From NCBI RefSeq assembly GCF_018977255.1, contig NW_024704742.1, positions 86,802,001-86,866,000 on the forward strand: a stretch of 64,000 bases of DNA. The letters are read 5' to 3'. This DNA comes from Callorhinchus milii (taxonomy: Eukaryota). The notes beneath the pieces are model-generated. The model saw only the letters and a list, made by a program, of their open reading frames with translations. It was not told the origin of the DNA and ran no database searches. The translations under genes were made by a program, and so were the position numbers. Below, one piece after another: positions 37,510 to 50,669 of this stretch (the first letter of the stretch is position 1; each line of letters starts with the position of its first letter).

Positions 37510-38346
37510 ACACACTTCTCTATCCTCCCCCCTCCTCTCTATCCTCCCCCCTCCTTCTATCCTCCCTCACACCTCTCTATCCTCCCCCCTCCTCTCTCTC
37601 CCCTCCTCTCTCTCCCCTCTCTCCCCCCTCCTCTCCCCCCCTCCTCTCCCCCTCCTCCTCTCTCCCCCCCTCCTCTCTCTCCCCCTCCTCTCTCCCCCCC
37701 CTCCTCTCTCCCCCCTCCTCTCTCTCTCCCCTCTCTCTCCCCCTCCTCTCTCTCCCCCCTCCTCTCTCTCTCCCCTCCTCTCTCTCCCCCCTCCTCCCCT
37801 CTCTCCCTCCCTCCCTCTCTCTCCCCTCCTCTCTCCCCCCCTCTCCCCTCTCTCCCTCTCCTCTCTCCCCCCCTCTCTCCCCTCTCTCCCCCCTCCTCTC
37901 TCCCCCCCCTCCTCTCCTCCCCCCTCCTCTCTCCCCCTCTCTCCCCTCTCTCTCCCCCTCCTCTCTCTCCCCCTCCTCTCTCTCCCCCTCCTCTCTCTCC
38001 CCCTCCTCTCTCTCCCCCTCCTCTCCTCCCTCCTCTCTCCCTCCTCTCTCCCCCCTCCTCTCTCCCCTCTCTCTCCCCTCTCCCCTCCTCTCCCCTCCTC
38101 TCTCTCCCCTCCTCTCTCCCCTCCTCTCTCTCCCCTCCTCTCTCTCTCTCTCTCCCCTCCTCTCTCTCCCCTCTCTTTCCCCCTCCTCTCTCCCCCTCTC
38201 TCCCCTCCTCTCTCCCCCCCTCTCTCCCCTCTCTCCCCCCTCCTCTCTCTCCCCCTCCGTCTCTCCCCTCTCTCCCCCTCCTCTCTCCCCCCCTCTCTCC
38301 CCTCTCTCTCCCCCCTCCTCTCTCTCCCCCCTCCTCTCTCTCCCCT
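37510..38346. repeat. ~840-bp homopyrimidine/homopurine (C/T) low-complexity tract
   Basis: Almost exclusively C and T on the plus strand, built from degenerate ccccctcctctctct units. Confidence 0.97.
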
Positions 38347-38349
38347 GAT

Positions 38350-38760
38350 CTGCAGCCACTCAGCCCAGAGCTGAGCTACAATGAGAACACAGCCCCGGAG
38401 CCCCAACCACTGTGGCCCCGGGGGGGGTGGGGGGGGAGGCCCCGCCTCGCTGCTCCCTCAGCCCTATCACGGCCCCCCCCCCCCCTCCCCCCCCCGACCC
38501 ATTGCAGCACAACTTCACCGCAACAACCAACACAAATGCAGCTGTGCCCTGACACCGGGCTCCGGGGGGGGGGGGGAGGCTCGTCACCCTCCCCTCAGGC
38601 GGCAGTGGCACTGCCCGCTGTGGAGTGGTGCCCCCCCCCCCGGGGGCTGGTGTTGAGGAGCTCAGAGCAGCGGCAGCAGCTCACAGGGCGAGGGGGGCAC
38701 AGGCACCCACTTGGCAAAGCCTCAAAGGGATGCTGTCAGGGCTTTGAAGGGGGCAATGGC
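38350..38760. promoter_or_regulatory. GC/CpG-rich segment, candidate TJP2 upstream promoter region
   Basis: Locally high GC with CpGs, G/C runs and a GC-box-like gccccgcc, about 1.2-1.5 kb upstream of the MPVRREK exon. Confidence 0.4.
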
Positions 38761-38794
38761 CGACCTTTACTATTATGATTAATAACAATTATTA

Positions 38795-39060
38795 CCAATA
38801 ATAATCCTTGCATTTGGTATTACGTCTCATTACCCCAAAGTGCTTCACGGGATTTGTTGTGAAATGGAGTGACTGTGTCACGCAGGCAAACGCGGCGGCA
38901 CGATTGCGCACAGCAACGTCACACAAACAGCCATGAAACGCGTGACCGTTTTTTAAATCTTAAGGTGACTGTTGGCCAGGACACCGGGAGGAACTCCCGT
39001 CTCGTTTCCAGTCGTGCCGTAGGACCTTTAACATCCACCGGAACGAGCAGAACAGGCAGA
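38795..39060 (-). mobile_element. Deu-type SINE 3' part
   Basis: ataataatccttgcatttg tail, gcgcacagcaacgtcacacaaacagc and gttggccaggacaccggga blocks. It retains many CpGs. Confidence 0.75.
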
Positions 39061-39819
39061 CATTTATTTTAAAACGAACTCCCAAACTATAAATGTAAAA
39101 TCATTGTTGCTACTGATGTTAGCAAACCCAGGTACTAACAAATAATAAATTAGCCTCGAGTTTGAGACAGTGCCTTTCACTTTAGGTGAATGTCTGAAAG
39201 GTGCACGGCAGGATTCACTGAAATGAATAGTGACTGTGTATTTTGTAGGTGAAGGTGGCAGCCAGTTAGCAAAAATATGGTGCAAATTAAATCAAGTGTT
39301 TGGCAAGATTGTTTGCCAAAGTGATCTTTAACAAGTTAAATCAGTGCTAGCTAGTCAGTAAGTAATATCCATCTTGAGGAATGACACTTTTAAAATGTAA
39401 GTAAATTTTACATCAAGTACATTTTTCTACTTATTATTTAAAAGGAAAGGCCTTTAAGTAAATATGTTATGATCATGCCCAGACACAATGGGCTGAATAG
39501 CCTATGCTTTTTTTAAAAATGACCATTACAATGATTGTAATTCAATCATATCATTCAAGTCTGAAGGTCCCTGTTCAATTTGAAAAATGTTACACTTTGC
39601 AAACTAAGTGTAGCATATTATATATGTATGTATATACATACTAACAAAAAATTGGAAAGCTGCTTAATGGGTCAGAGAATTGGAAGGAACTATATAGGGT
39701 AGAATATCTTTTTAGAAAAGTTTAAATATAATAAGCCTTACATTTGGTAAAACAATGTTCACATCAGGAGGAAAACCCAAACCTTCACAGGATCTATTCG
39801 GAAGTGGAGTGTCTGTGTG

Positions 39820-40305
39820 TTTTGTGGACGAATGCGGCTGGACTATTCCAATGCTCTCCTCGCTGGTCTCCCCAGCTCCACCATACACAAAATACAATTA
39901 ATTAAAAACTTCGCTACCTGGATACTTACCCGCATGAAACTCCGTATCCCCAACACACCAGTCCTTGCCAGACTCCACTGGCTCACAATTACCGAATGGA
40001 TCTATTTCAAGAATCTCTCACTCGTTTTCAAAACCCTTCATGCCCTCGCACCTCCCTACCTGCTTACTCCCAACTCCACTGCCCACTGCCTCCGCTCGAC
40101 TGACTCTGGCCTCCTCTTTGTCCCTTGTGCCCTCCTCTCCACCATCAGTGGCCATGCCTTCAGCCACTATGATTGAAACTCTGGAACTCTCTCCCTTGAT
40201 TCCTCCGCCTTGTCCCCTCCCTTCCCACCCTCTTCCCTCTGCCACTGCGAAGAGCTCCGGGACGCTACCCCGCATGAAGGGGACTATATAAATCCAAGTT
40301 AATGT
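39820..40305 (+). mobile_element. L2 LINE 3' fragment (second family)
   Basis: ORF 39817-40176 RLDYSNALLAGLPSSTIHKIQLIKN...TPVLARLHWL...APPYL; tail gggacgctaccccgcatgaagggg. Confidence 0.92.
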
Positions 40306-41640
40306 TGATATTATTCCCTCTCTTAATTTGTAAAAGTCTTTTAAAATCCAGTAATGCCCTATGGTCATTATTCAAAGTCATTGCCAAACTCTGCATAACC
40401 TCTGCAGCACTAATCAATACATTTTACTGCAATTCAAGCTGTGCATTGTTTCTGAGCCTCAAGGTCAGTTATAGTTATTTAATCAGTAGCAACTGGAACT
40501 CAGGTAATGTGGTTTCAACTATGTAGATATCAGTGAATATGAAAGTAGGAGCTGAGGTATCATTTTATAACATAAAAATATAACAATAACCTGAGAGAGC
40601 AAAACTTGGTATATTATTGTTCAAATACCTTTTTTTCAAAAATATGCTGGAGGTCGGTACATATGGTTACTCACACCGAATTTGGAATTATGAGGGGATA
40701 GGTGCAGAATTGTCTAATGGGGTTGACTGAGGCTGCCTGGCAGTAACTCTTGCTACTAATCCAGTATTCAGGGCAAGGCATCTAATAATGTTTGGTACTG
40801 TTAAAATACTCATGTTTTTTAGCCCTCAAATGTTGAATAATGCAGGAGGGCAGGGCAGCAAGAGACATCTGACTTTGGAGCGAAGTACAGGATGGAGGCA
40901 ATATTGAGCCAACATCATGAGATCCCAACCACTCATTGTTAATTTACACAGCTGCGATTCAGCTGTTTCAAACAGGAGAGTAGGATTTACTTTTTTTTAA
41001 CTGGCTGGTATGGTGAATTGGGCTGGTTTTCTTAACCCTTATATTATTTATTTAATGAGATAATTCTGCTACTCTGTCCTTAATTAATATAAACTACCCA
41101 CACAAGTGGCAAGTCAGCACTGTTTGTGCAGATGCCCAGTGCAAATTTTGCCAAGATTTGCCAAGAGGAAGTCAGAAAATGTCACTGTAAAATTAGGTAT
41201 CATTCACACAAACACATAAACAAACTCTTCTTTAAAAAAGGGAAGTACTGCACTGAAAAAAACAGAAAATAGAAATGCACAGTAGGTAGATGAGATTGAA
41301 CATGAGGAGAACTACAAGCAGCCAGCTTTTGTCTTAGTTTTCATTTAACTGAAGTGGTACTGATTTAGCGTCACATCATAATTGATAATCTATATTGTTT
41401 CTACTGAACATCGCACACGTGGACTTGGTCTCACGGCGCAGTGCATGATACATGAACGGTGAAGGTGTTGAGTTCAGATTACTATTCCATTGAAAGTGTG
41501 AGCAAAAACAAGTGAAACCCACAAAACCCATGACTGGGCTGCATACTAATCGCTCAACTGAACAAGATCATCTGGCTGAAATTCCAATCAGCATCAAGAG
41601 TAGCCTTTGTTGATATCAGCCACAATTTCCTCCTTTATAT

Positions 41641-41885
41641 ACAACAAGTTACATTTGTATAGCGCCTTTCACATCTGGAGGATGTCCCAAGACCCTGAAC
41701 AGTCAGGGATTTGGATCCGAGCTGGGGGTTGGGATCAGGAAGGGAGGAGGGCAAGGAGAGTAGTGGTGACCGAAGATGGGGCCAAGGAGGAGGGTTTTGA
41801 GATGGGCCTTGAAGGAGGCAAGAGGGGGAACGAGGCAAAGGGACTGTGGGAGGGGGTTCCAAAGGGTAGGGGCAGAGAGGCTCAT
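41641..41885 (-). mobile_element. L2 3' fragment
   Basis: SAPTLWNPLPQSL...FKAHLKTLL remnant plus the tail. Confidence 0.88.
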
Positions 41886-42979
41886 CTCACATCATCAAAG
41901 AGGTAACTGCAGTTTCAGCCCCCGTCAGTCTCCCGATCAACCTTCAAGAGTGGAGAGATTGACAAAAAGTACCTGCTGAGCTTCAGCACCACATAGAATT
42001 GGCAGGAATCCGTCTTCTGTATGAAATCTGGTGTTTATAGTTCAATGACACTTGTCAGATAGCTGGGGCAGATCCTGAAAGGAATGGTAAGTTCTGAGAA
42101 TTGGAGGAGGCAGATTTTGTAAATATTTTCTCTTTTCGATATGTATTTTTTCTCCCTCGCTTTGATTTTTGCCATATCATGAATGATTCACCTACCAGAA
42201 CGCCACGCATAAAAAAACAGTCTCCTCTCAGCCTTTAGTTAATCCTGTTGTGTAACTGGAAACATTGGAGAATTCCAGTTAACTCATTCCTCCACCTCTC
42301 TCTCTCTTCTCCCCCTCCCCACGCATTAAAAAAAAACCTCAGTACATCTTACTTTCTTTTACTTTTGCCAATTATTCTTGTGTCATTTTCTCCCCTTCTC
42401 AGCTCTCTCCTCTACTGTACTGACAGCATTTGCCTTGTATTGGGATAATGGGTCCAGTCTCCCTGCGCTATCTTTATAACTGGCTTCACTGCACCTCTAA
42501 GTTTGATAATAATTATTAAACAGAATATCTTCTCCCCTGCTGGTCATCACTATCACTCACACATTCTGAAAAGGTTACGCATTTTAACGCTCTCCAGTGT
42601 TGCACAATTCCATGAATTAGAAAAACAGGTCACAAAGCTTCTGGACTTAGTAACACTGGAGCCACGCAGTTCTACTGAGATAAGAACCTCACTTGTGTTG
42701 ACTCATGAGCATTACGCCAAATCTTACTATTTTATAGAATGGAAAAAGCTTTTTAAAGGGGGATTGGGGCTAAAAAAAAGCTATGTTTGGTAACAAATTT
42801 GATATGATCGCATTGAATCTGTTATGAAGCTTCACATGTTTCCATCCTGATCTTTTTGTGAAAAAGTGTTCGGTAACCGAATCTTGTTTGGGAAGTGACA
42901 TTATTTTTGTCATTGTGACATGATGTTCAAGTGACACATTGATGAAGCAACTTACTTCACTACAAATAAGTAAAAGAAT

Positions 42980-43428
42980 ACAACAACAACAAGATTCCAT
43001 TTATAGAGCACCTTTCACGTCGGGAGAACGTCCCAAGGCGCTGTACAGTTGGGTCGGGACCCGAGCAGGGGGGACATGGTGAGGGGAGGGAAGGGAGGGA
43101 GCGAGGAGGGGGTAGAGAGTCGAGAGGGGAGCTGAAGGCACGGTCAAAGAGAAAGATCTTGAGACCGGCCTTGAAGGAGGAAAGGGAGGAGGCGGCGAAG
43201 GCACTGGGGGATAGAGTTCCAGAGCCTTGGGGCTGAGAGGCTGAAGGCCCGGCCACCGATGGTATGGCGGTTGGGGCGGGGGATGTGGAGCAGACCGGAG
43301 CCAGAGAAACGGAGGGTATGGGCAGGTAGGTAGGGGGATAGTAGGTCGGAGAGGTAGGAGGGAGCAAGGCCGTGAATGGCCTTGTAGGTGAGGATGAGGA
43401 TCTTGAAATCGATCCTCTGGGGATCGAT
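42980..43428 (-). mobile_element. Young L2 3' fragment
   Basis: (CAA)n tail, stem-loop and CpG-rich RT C-terminus/3' UTR (SFKAGLKIFLFDRAF). Confidence 0.92.
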
Positions 43429-43494
43429 AGCTTGTCACAAACACTGGTTGCTGCAGTGCCAACTTGAAACTTGAAAAAAAACTTGAAACAGTCC

Positions 43495-43709
43495 GTCCGC
43501 CTCGCCCCCTCCCTTACCTCCTTCAAGACCCATCTCCAGACCCTCCTCTTCGACCGTGCTTTTGATCACCCTGCCTCCCCCCCATGCCCTCCACCCTCCC
43601 CAATCCCGACCCCCAGCTCAGGTCCGAAATTCTGACTGTCCAGCGCCTTGGGACGTCCTCCCGACGTGAAAGACGCTATACAAATGTAATTTTGTGGTTG
43701 CTGTTGTTA
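43495..43709 (+). mobile_element. L2 3' fragment, inverted relative to 42980-43428
   Basis: ctccttcaagacccatctc...cagcgccttgggacgtcctcccgacgtgaaagacgctatacaaatgtaattttg. Confidence 0.9.
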
Positions 43710-44254
43710 CTGAAACCACTCATGATTGCCAGCCCAGCATCACAGTAGTTACCACACCTGGGTCACTGCCCTGCAAAATGGGTTAAGGCTTAATGCTCTT
43801 GATCCTGGAAGTGCTGCGATATTATGATCTACTGGTATATTGCTAGATTTGTCCTTGAAATAGTCTGCTTTTCTTCTTATCACAATAATATGATGGATAA
43901 AATGAATAAAGCAGATTACAGTACCAGGGGAAATAGTTGAATTAATTATATTCTGATTTACAATAGCTTGTTATGATGGGGAATGTTTTATGATAGCTTT
44001 AGACAACAATACTGTCTTATTAAAAAGGTTTTGTGCATTGTTGTGAGAAACAGATTGAAGGAACCCATATGAGGTTATTTTGGATTAATATTTCATGGTT
44101 TGGATGTCTTGGTGTTTATGTCACTTCTAAATTGTAAGAAGAATGCATAAATTTTACTTGGCAGGTTAGTGAGGATGCATCCAAATCCCTGGCAAGCTAA
44201 TAACCAAGTACATGTGAGTTGGTGTATTTCTGGGGATTGCTGTAATACCACAGA

Positions 44255-44525
44255 TGCTATTTTAAGGATGAGTTGTTAAACTGAGGTCCCGATTGTCTAT
44301 TGTGGTGGATGTTAATAATCCCATGAAATTATTCGAAAAGAGGTCATTTCTCCCAATATCCTTGCCAATGATCCTCCAGGTAAATTGTTTGTTCCTCACA
44401 TGGCTGTCAGTGAGATATTGCAATGCAAAAAAAGGTTGCCACTTTGGCTTACAAATACAGTTACTACACTTGACAGTAGTTATCTGTGAAGTTGTTAGAG
44501 ATTTTGAGTTGATAAAAATGCAAAC
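44255..44525 (+). mobile_element. Degenerate Deu-type SINE
   Basis: ggatgagttgttaaactgaggtcc...gtggatgttaataatcccatg...ccttgccaatgatcc. Confidence 0.6.
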
Positions 44526-45549
44526 CTTTTTTTCCCATTGCAATTGGTGTCATGTTTCACAAAATGACAGCGTAGCTGCTAACAGCAGGTTTTGGTGATG
44601 TTGCATGCATTCAAGAGGTTACTTGACTACTAAACACTTTAGTCTCTTAACTGGGACCATGTCCTCAGCTGTGGTGACCCCAGGCATTGGATCTCGAAGA
44701 TTGCCAGAAATGTTCTGAATTTATGTGAAGATGGAACATGTTTCAAAGAATTGAGGAAGATGGTATCCGAGGTATCCAGTACAGTATTCTTTTCTGCCCC
44801 CACCAACCAGAATATCTTCTATATTACAGTGGTGCCCCATTATAATACAGTAGTTTAGACATCCATAAAATCCCAACCAACACTATGACAGAGCGCTATC
44901 ACTGGTCAGCATTCACTGTGCATTTGCACAGAAAAATGAAACGACATACAGCACGAGAGAACATCAACAACAACTTGCATTTATGTAACACCCTACATGC
45001 GGTGTAGTGTTCCGGAGCACTTGATAAAAATGGTTGACTCTTGCCAGGTGCTGGGGGGGTGGGTGGGTAGGGATGGGGGGTCATGTCACCCCCAATATCA
45101 CTTCCTATATACTACATATATACGACACATTACTTTCTGCATATATACTGCAGGAAGTAATGTGTCAATGATTCATTGATTTGGTAAGTAAATGTTGAGG
45201 TCCAACCCCAATCAAAAAATAAGCAAATATTGTAGATACATTCAAGAGACCGTCACATGATGGAGAGCAGAATAAAAGAGTATGGGAGGGAGTATGGAAC
45301 AGGTGAAGACTCATGCAGAGTATAAACTTCAGCTTGGATTGGTTGGGCCGAGTGGCCTCTTTCTGTGCTGTACATTCTCTGTAAATCTTTGTAAATACTA
45401 TATATTCTACTGAATCGCTTCATAACAGGGCTTCAGTAGAATTCGTTATTCATTTCTTTGTGGAACCTTCTTGGGAAAATCACAGCTGTGTTTGTCAACA
45501 ATAAGTCACTACACTTGACTGTAATTGCAGTTGTAACACAATAAACTAA

Positions 45550-45818
45550 ACTAAAGATCGCATGGTGCTGTTCAAAAAGAGAAGAGAATTTCTCCCGGTG
45601 TCCTGGCCAACAATCCCCCAGATAAAATTGGTCTTTAACTTCATGGCTGATTGTGAGACATTGCTGTGTGCAAATTGACTAACTTATAGGTACATCTTGC
45701 AACATCTTGCCGGGTTCACCTATAAATACACAGCCATTACACTTTGCAGTAAATCCTGTGAAGCCCTTTCAGATTTTGATGAAGTGTTAAGGGGCTATAT
45801 CAAGTGCAAGGATTATCT
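45550..45818 (+). mobile_element. Deu-type SINE 3' part
   Basis: ttctcccggtgtcctggccaacaatcc...gctatatcaagtgcaaggattat. Confidence 0.7.
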
Positions 45819-47454
45819 CCCCCTCTGCTTGCACGCCTGGTGAAGCGTTTGAGATGATGGAGGTTGCACGTGTGTTAGGGCTCTTCTCTCCCCTCTGACT
45901 GTGTAGGATGGTCTTCTCAGTACATTAACAGTCCCCAAACTACACTAAAATTACTAAAAATAACCCCCCCAGAATCAAATGAATAAGTTCCAAAAAATCA
46001 GCAGCCCTAACTGTAAGTTCTTTCTTTAAAGAACTGGCAGTTGTTCAATATGACGCTGAAATAGTTGTAATCCTTCTCTGACATGAACTTAATCTATTTA
46101 GTCACTATAACATTTCTGTAAATACTGTACTTCAGTAAATTCTTCTGTGGTAATCGCAGTCTATATAAAGATAGTTGCAACAACAGAGTGCAGTGTAACA
46201 TGCCTCGACTGATCCTAGACTGCAGCAGCGATAAATAAGGAAACACCCGAACTTTCTGGTTTGAGCAGAGATCACAATCCTTATGTGTTGCAAGAACTGC
46301 ATATCTCCTCTCTTTTGGTATTTACTCGTTTCTCACTTAATGTTAGTTCTTAGTGTAATTTCCACCTCCTAGTGACACTGGTGCCTTTTCTACTCCCATG
46401 TCCATAATCAAACTCAATATGTGGTCCACATAAAACTTTTATACCAAATGTCAATAAAGGAACATGAAAAGGTTTACCTGCAGAAGTCAAGATGGCATGC
46501 TTGAATACCAAATCTCAAGAATTAAAGGCAAGTTGCACTGACTAGGTTATTAAGTCAATTCACTTTTACAGCATATTCTGTGAAGCGCTTTGAGACGTCT
46601 GAAGATGTGAAAAGCGCTATATCAAATGCCAGGGATTATTATTATTATTTAATCACTATTTTAGCTAGATTTGTACTGATGACTTGAAGTCAATTATTTT
46701 AAGCTCGATAGCTAACAAATTATTTATTTTTTATGTTATTGTAGCATCACAGCCCTAACACCGCAGTATTGCTAATGGTTTGAATCATCTTTGAAGTATA
46801 ACATTTTTGTTGCTAATTCTCATCCTTCCCTTCCTCTCGTATAAACACTATTCTTACTCCTCCTCTCCTGTAGGTACCAACTCTTACTGGGGGTAATGGC
46901 AGACTTCATCTTAGTAACAATTCTTAATGTGTGAGCTTGACTGTGAATGCAGACAATACATTTGACTATGGAAGGCTTCCCAAATAAAATCCACAAATGA
47001 ATAACTTCCAGTATCTGGATCATGATCAGGAGTGAACTCAATTCCAGCACTTTAACTAGCTAATAGCACAGATCTGTAAATGAGTGATATTCTGATCACT
47101 GTGTCTTAGTGCTGTACTTAGATGCAACTTAACCCACTAGGCCATCAGGGTAGAAGGTTTACTGTTTGCATGTTATAATGATAAGCTACAGTCCTTCCAA
47201 CACCAATCAAAGCTGCAGAGCTAATGTTTCTAATCTGAGTTTGAATCAAATCTGGTTAAAATTGCAACACTGGGTTGTAAATTTGGGAATTCTGTAGATT
47301 TGCTGCTGTATGAATTTATTAAAGCAGCCAATTTGGTAGCATTGCAGCAGAATTTATAAAGGAATCTGGGATTTAATCTTTCCCACATCTTTGCATTCCA
47401 GTGACACCAACCCTTTAAAGACGTTCAGTCTTCCTGACAGTGAGCAACCACTAA

Positions 47455-47472
47455 AGCGACCTCTAGTGGCCA
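47455..47472 (-). promoter_or_regulatory. Candidate CTCF binding site
   Basis: The minus strand reads TGGCCACTAGAGGTCGCT, versus the CTCF consensus TGGCCASYAGRKGGCRCT (one core mismatch). It lies between FXN and the TJP2 first exon. Confidence 0.5.
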
Positions 47473-47829
47473 CTGCTTAGACAATCTTGTGTGACAACAA
47501 ATCAAGGGGGCTTAGTGAATCGCCACCTAATATGATGTGCGAGTTACCTACCCATGGAGTTGTTTTTGATCACATATGTTTATTGCATCTTCCTCTGCAC
47601 AACCTAGTGGGAAAAGGCAATGCCATTGACACACTTTAATTGCTTTATCATTAAAGCAATTTCTTTCTGAAGCTGTTCTTTGTCAGACATTTGCTAAAAG
47701 TGTTGCTCTTTTCATTCCCCTGATCAGTTTCCTACCCTGAAGCTGTTTGAACTCTTTTATCTTAACCTCAAATGAGTGCCAATCACCGTGCATAAATGGT
47801 CATTAGTCATACTAAGGAAATTTGCAAGG

Positions 47830-48090
47830 CTAACGGGAAAGAACAGGGGAGTGGGAATAATTGGGAAACTCTTTCAAAGAGTCGGCACAGGCATGAGGGG
47901 CGGAATGGCCTCCTCTGCTGTAGACCATAAGACCATAAGACGTAGGAACAGGAGTAGGCCATTTGGCCTCTCAAGCCTGCCCCGCCATTTAATAAGATCA
48001 TGGCTAATCTTCTAACCTAATTCCATTTACCTGCCCTATCCCCATATTCCTTAATCCCTCTATCTTTTAGAAGATTCTATGATTCTAGGA
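47830..48090. mobile_element. CR1 3' end (+) interrupted by a second CR1-type 3' end (-, about 47925-48065)
   Basis: The plus copy ...aatggcctcctctgctgtag resumes as aagattctatgattcta; the insert starts cataagaccataagacgtaggaacaggagtaggccatt. Confidence 0.75.
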
Positions 48091-49399
48091 AGCTTACATC
48101 TTCATAATTCAGATAGTTAGTCAGGAAAATGCTTTTAATAAATATTAAATTCAATAATTTATGGGATCTCTGCAGCTTTTCAGAATTAAATAAATGTATA
48201 TTTTTTGAGACGTCCGGAAGATTTGATAAGGCCCTATATCAAATGCAAGGATTATTATTATTGCACATCCTTCTCAACCAGGATCTGGGAATTATCCCTT
48301 ACAAAAACTTAAAGAGGAGGAAAATCAAGGAATTATTGCCTCTAATTTGTTTATGAAGCCCAGTAGATTAGATTAACTGGCCTGAATATTTCCACAGGCT
48401 CAATTGCTCTTTGCCGACATGGAAAGTGGTCTCTGAGTTTATCAAGAGGACACGATCCAAACTCTGATTAAAATAGGTCAGTATGCCCTGAATAAGATCT
48501 GAAAGGCCCTTTTTTGATGCTGGAGATTAATCCCCACTAATCCCAGCAGATTCAAGATGATTGGTCTACCATGGCATTTAAGCAGAGTTTGAGCAATACC
48601 ATTATTGAGAAGGCAAGGGAGGGGGAATAGTTCAAAATACATTTTTACCTTATTCCTTAAAAAGATACGTGGTCAGGGATATCATCATTTTGATAACTAC
48701 AAAAGTACAAAAGCCTCTTGTTCTCAAACCTAAGATTTCTGCTGTAAGAAACTGCTGCACAAAACATGACAGCAAGCTGTCAGCTCATTGTAATTTTGTT
48801 CCAATAAAATAGTTCTTGCTTTCCAATTTTTCTTTTCAGCTGCTGAAGATATTGATTCACATATAGGTCCACAGGAGGTGACTGCCTCAGATATCTTGCC
48901 GAAAGGACAATTCTTCATTTATATGGAGGCATCACAGCTGAGCGTTATCCTATCCTCACCTGACAGACATACATCACACCTGATGTGTATAAAGTCACTG
49001 ATAGAAATCCACAACAGGAACATTGTGTTACTTTTCTCTCACTATTCCAGGAGCATTCGGATCAATTTTAGTGACTCAATGGCTGATGCAAGTGTAATCA
49101 GCTAACTCAGATCAGGGATTAAATCAAGGGGAACCTTCTACAGTGGTACTGTTGCAAACTATAAATCAAACAGGTTGTGAAGAGTTTAAATAGTGCAACC
49201 TTCACAAACAAATGCACACACGCAAATATGATTTAACTCCTGAAAAACAGATTGTGACAATCAAAATCTGCTATTTTATTATAAACCTAACAATTGCTTC
49301 CCTCCAGGATAGAAGTGCCCCTTTAATACAAAATATATTCAGTTTAAAGAAGAAACATCTTTACTTCTCAAGCTTTTTGACAATTGAATTCCCTCCTCA

Positions 49400-49912
49400 C
49401 TGGTCTCCCCAGCTACAATATCTAATTAATTCAAAACTCCACCACATGAATACTCACCTGAACAAAACTCCGTACCCCCAGTACACCAGTCCTTTCCAAA
49501 CTCCACTGGCTGCCAATCACCAAATTGATTGATTTCAAGGACCTCTCACTTGTTTTCAAATCACTTAATACCCTCGCACCTCCCTACCTATCCAACCTGC
49601 TTACCACTCACTCCACCACTTGCTGGCTCCGGCCTCCTATTTGTCCCTCATGCTATCCGTTCCTCCATTGGTGGCCGTGCTTTCAGCTACTTCGCCCCAA
49701 AACTTTGGAACTCTCTCCCTCAATCCCGTCGGCCTTGCCGCCTCACCTCCCCACCTTCAAATCCCATCTAAACACCTCCCTTTTTGATCGTGCTTATGGT
49801 CACCTCCTCCCTCCTTCTCCCCTTGGCTCGTTGGCAGACTCCACCACTGTGAAGCGCCCTGGGACGCTACCCTGTGTGAAGGGCGCTATATAAATGCAAG
49901 TTATTGTTATTG
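49400..49912 (+). mobile_element. L2 LINE 3' fragment (second family)
   Basis: IDFKDLSLVFKSLNTLAPPYLSNLL and GGRAFSYFAPKLWNSLP remnants; tail gcgccctgggacgctaccctgtgtgaagggcgctatataaatgcaagttattg. Confidence 0.92.
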
Positions 49913-50669
49913 AATTCTCTGACTAGTCCCCATTGGAGCGTACAACTCACTATATACTGTGTTCTAAGTCTTTTGAAATTATATTTCCTGTTATATCCGA
50001 CAATGATTTTGAAAAGCTTTTGTTAAAGTTAAAGCTTTTAGTATCTGTTTCACATGGATATCATGATCATGTGAAACAGATTGCACTAAGCCTTGTCCAA
50101 TATTGCAGATCCTCAACAGTTTAGTAATCCTCTACACTAACGAAGAACAAATCTTTCTCAGCCTCTTATTCTGACTACTGCTTTTAGTCTTTTTTCAACT
50201 CTCTCTCTGTGCTGTCAGAAGCCAAATAACAAAAAGTTGAACAGCCAATGGCCTTGGTGCTGTGCTATGCATGTTGGCAAATACCCCACATGTATACATC
50301 CAATCTTGTTCTAGGATTAACAACCCCAAATACATTTTCATTCAATAATCAGATCTCCATTAAGTATGCACAGAAAATCACACAGGCATAGGGGTACACA
50401 TCATGCTTGTTCACACAAGCAAGACCAGAAATATCCTAAATTCTTCATAATGCTCAATGACTGTGTAATTTTGTAATTTGTAGTTTGTGTAATCCCCCGT
50501 GCTACAGTTCAGTCTGAAGGAAACAATGGACCAGGTTACGTGACTTCTTTATTTACTTAACCAACTACAACTAAATAAATGTAATGTAATGACATTAGGG
50601 CAATTTCTGATATTATGGAGTTACGTAGAATAAGATGGGATGGAAATAGGCCATTCATGTTATATACAC

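Noticed and set aside
37480..38778. 432-aa Pro/Ser/Leu ORF and antisense Gly/Glu/Arg ORFs
   Set aside because: They are translations of a C/T low-complexity tract that cannot contain stop codons.
46820..47050. Minus-strand open frames that looked exon-like
   Set aside because: No recognisable homology and no convincing splice-site pair.
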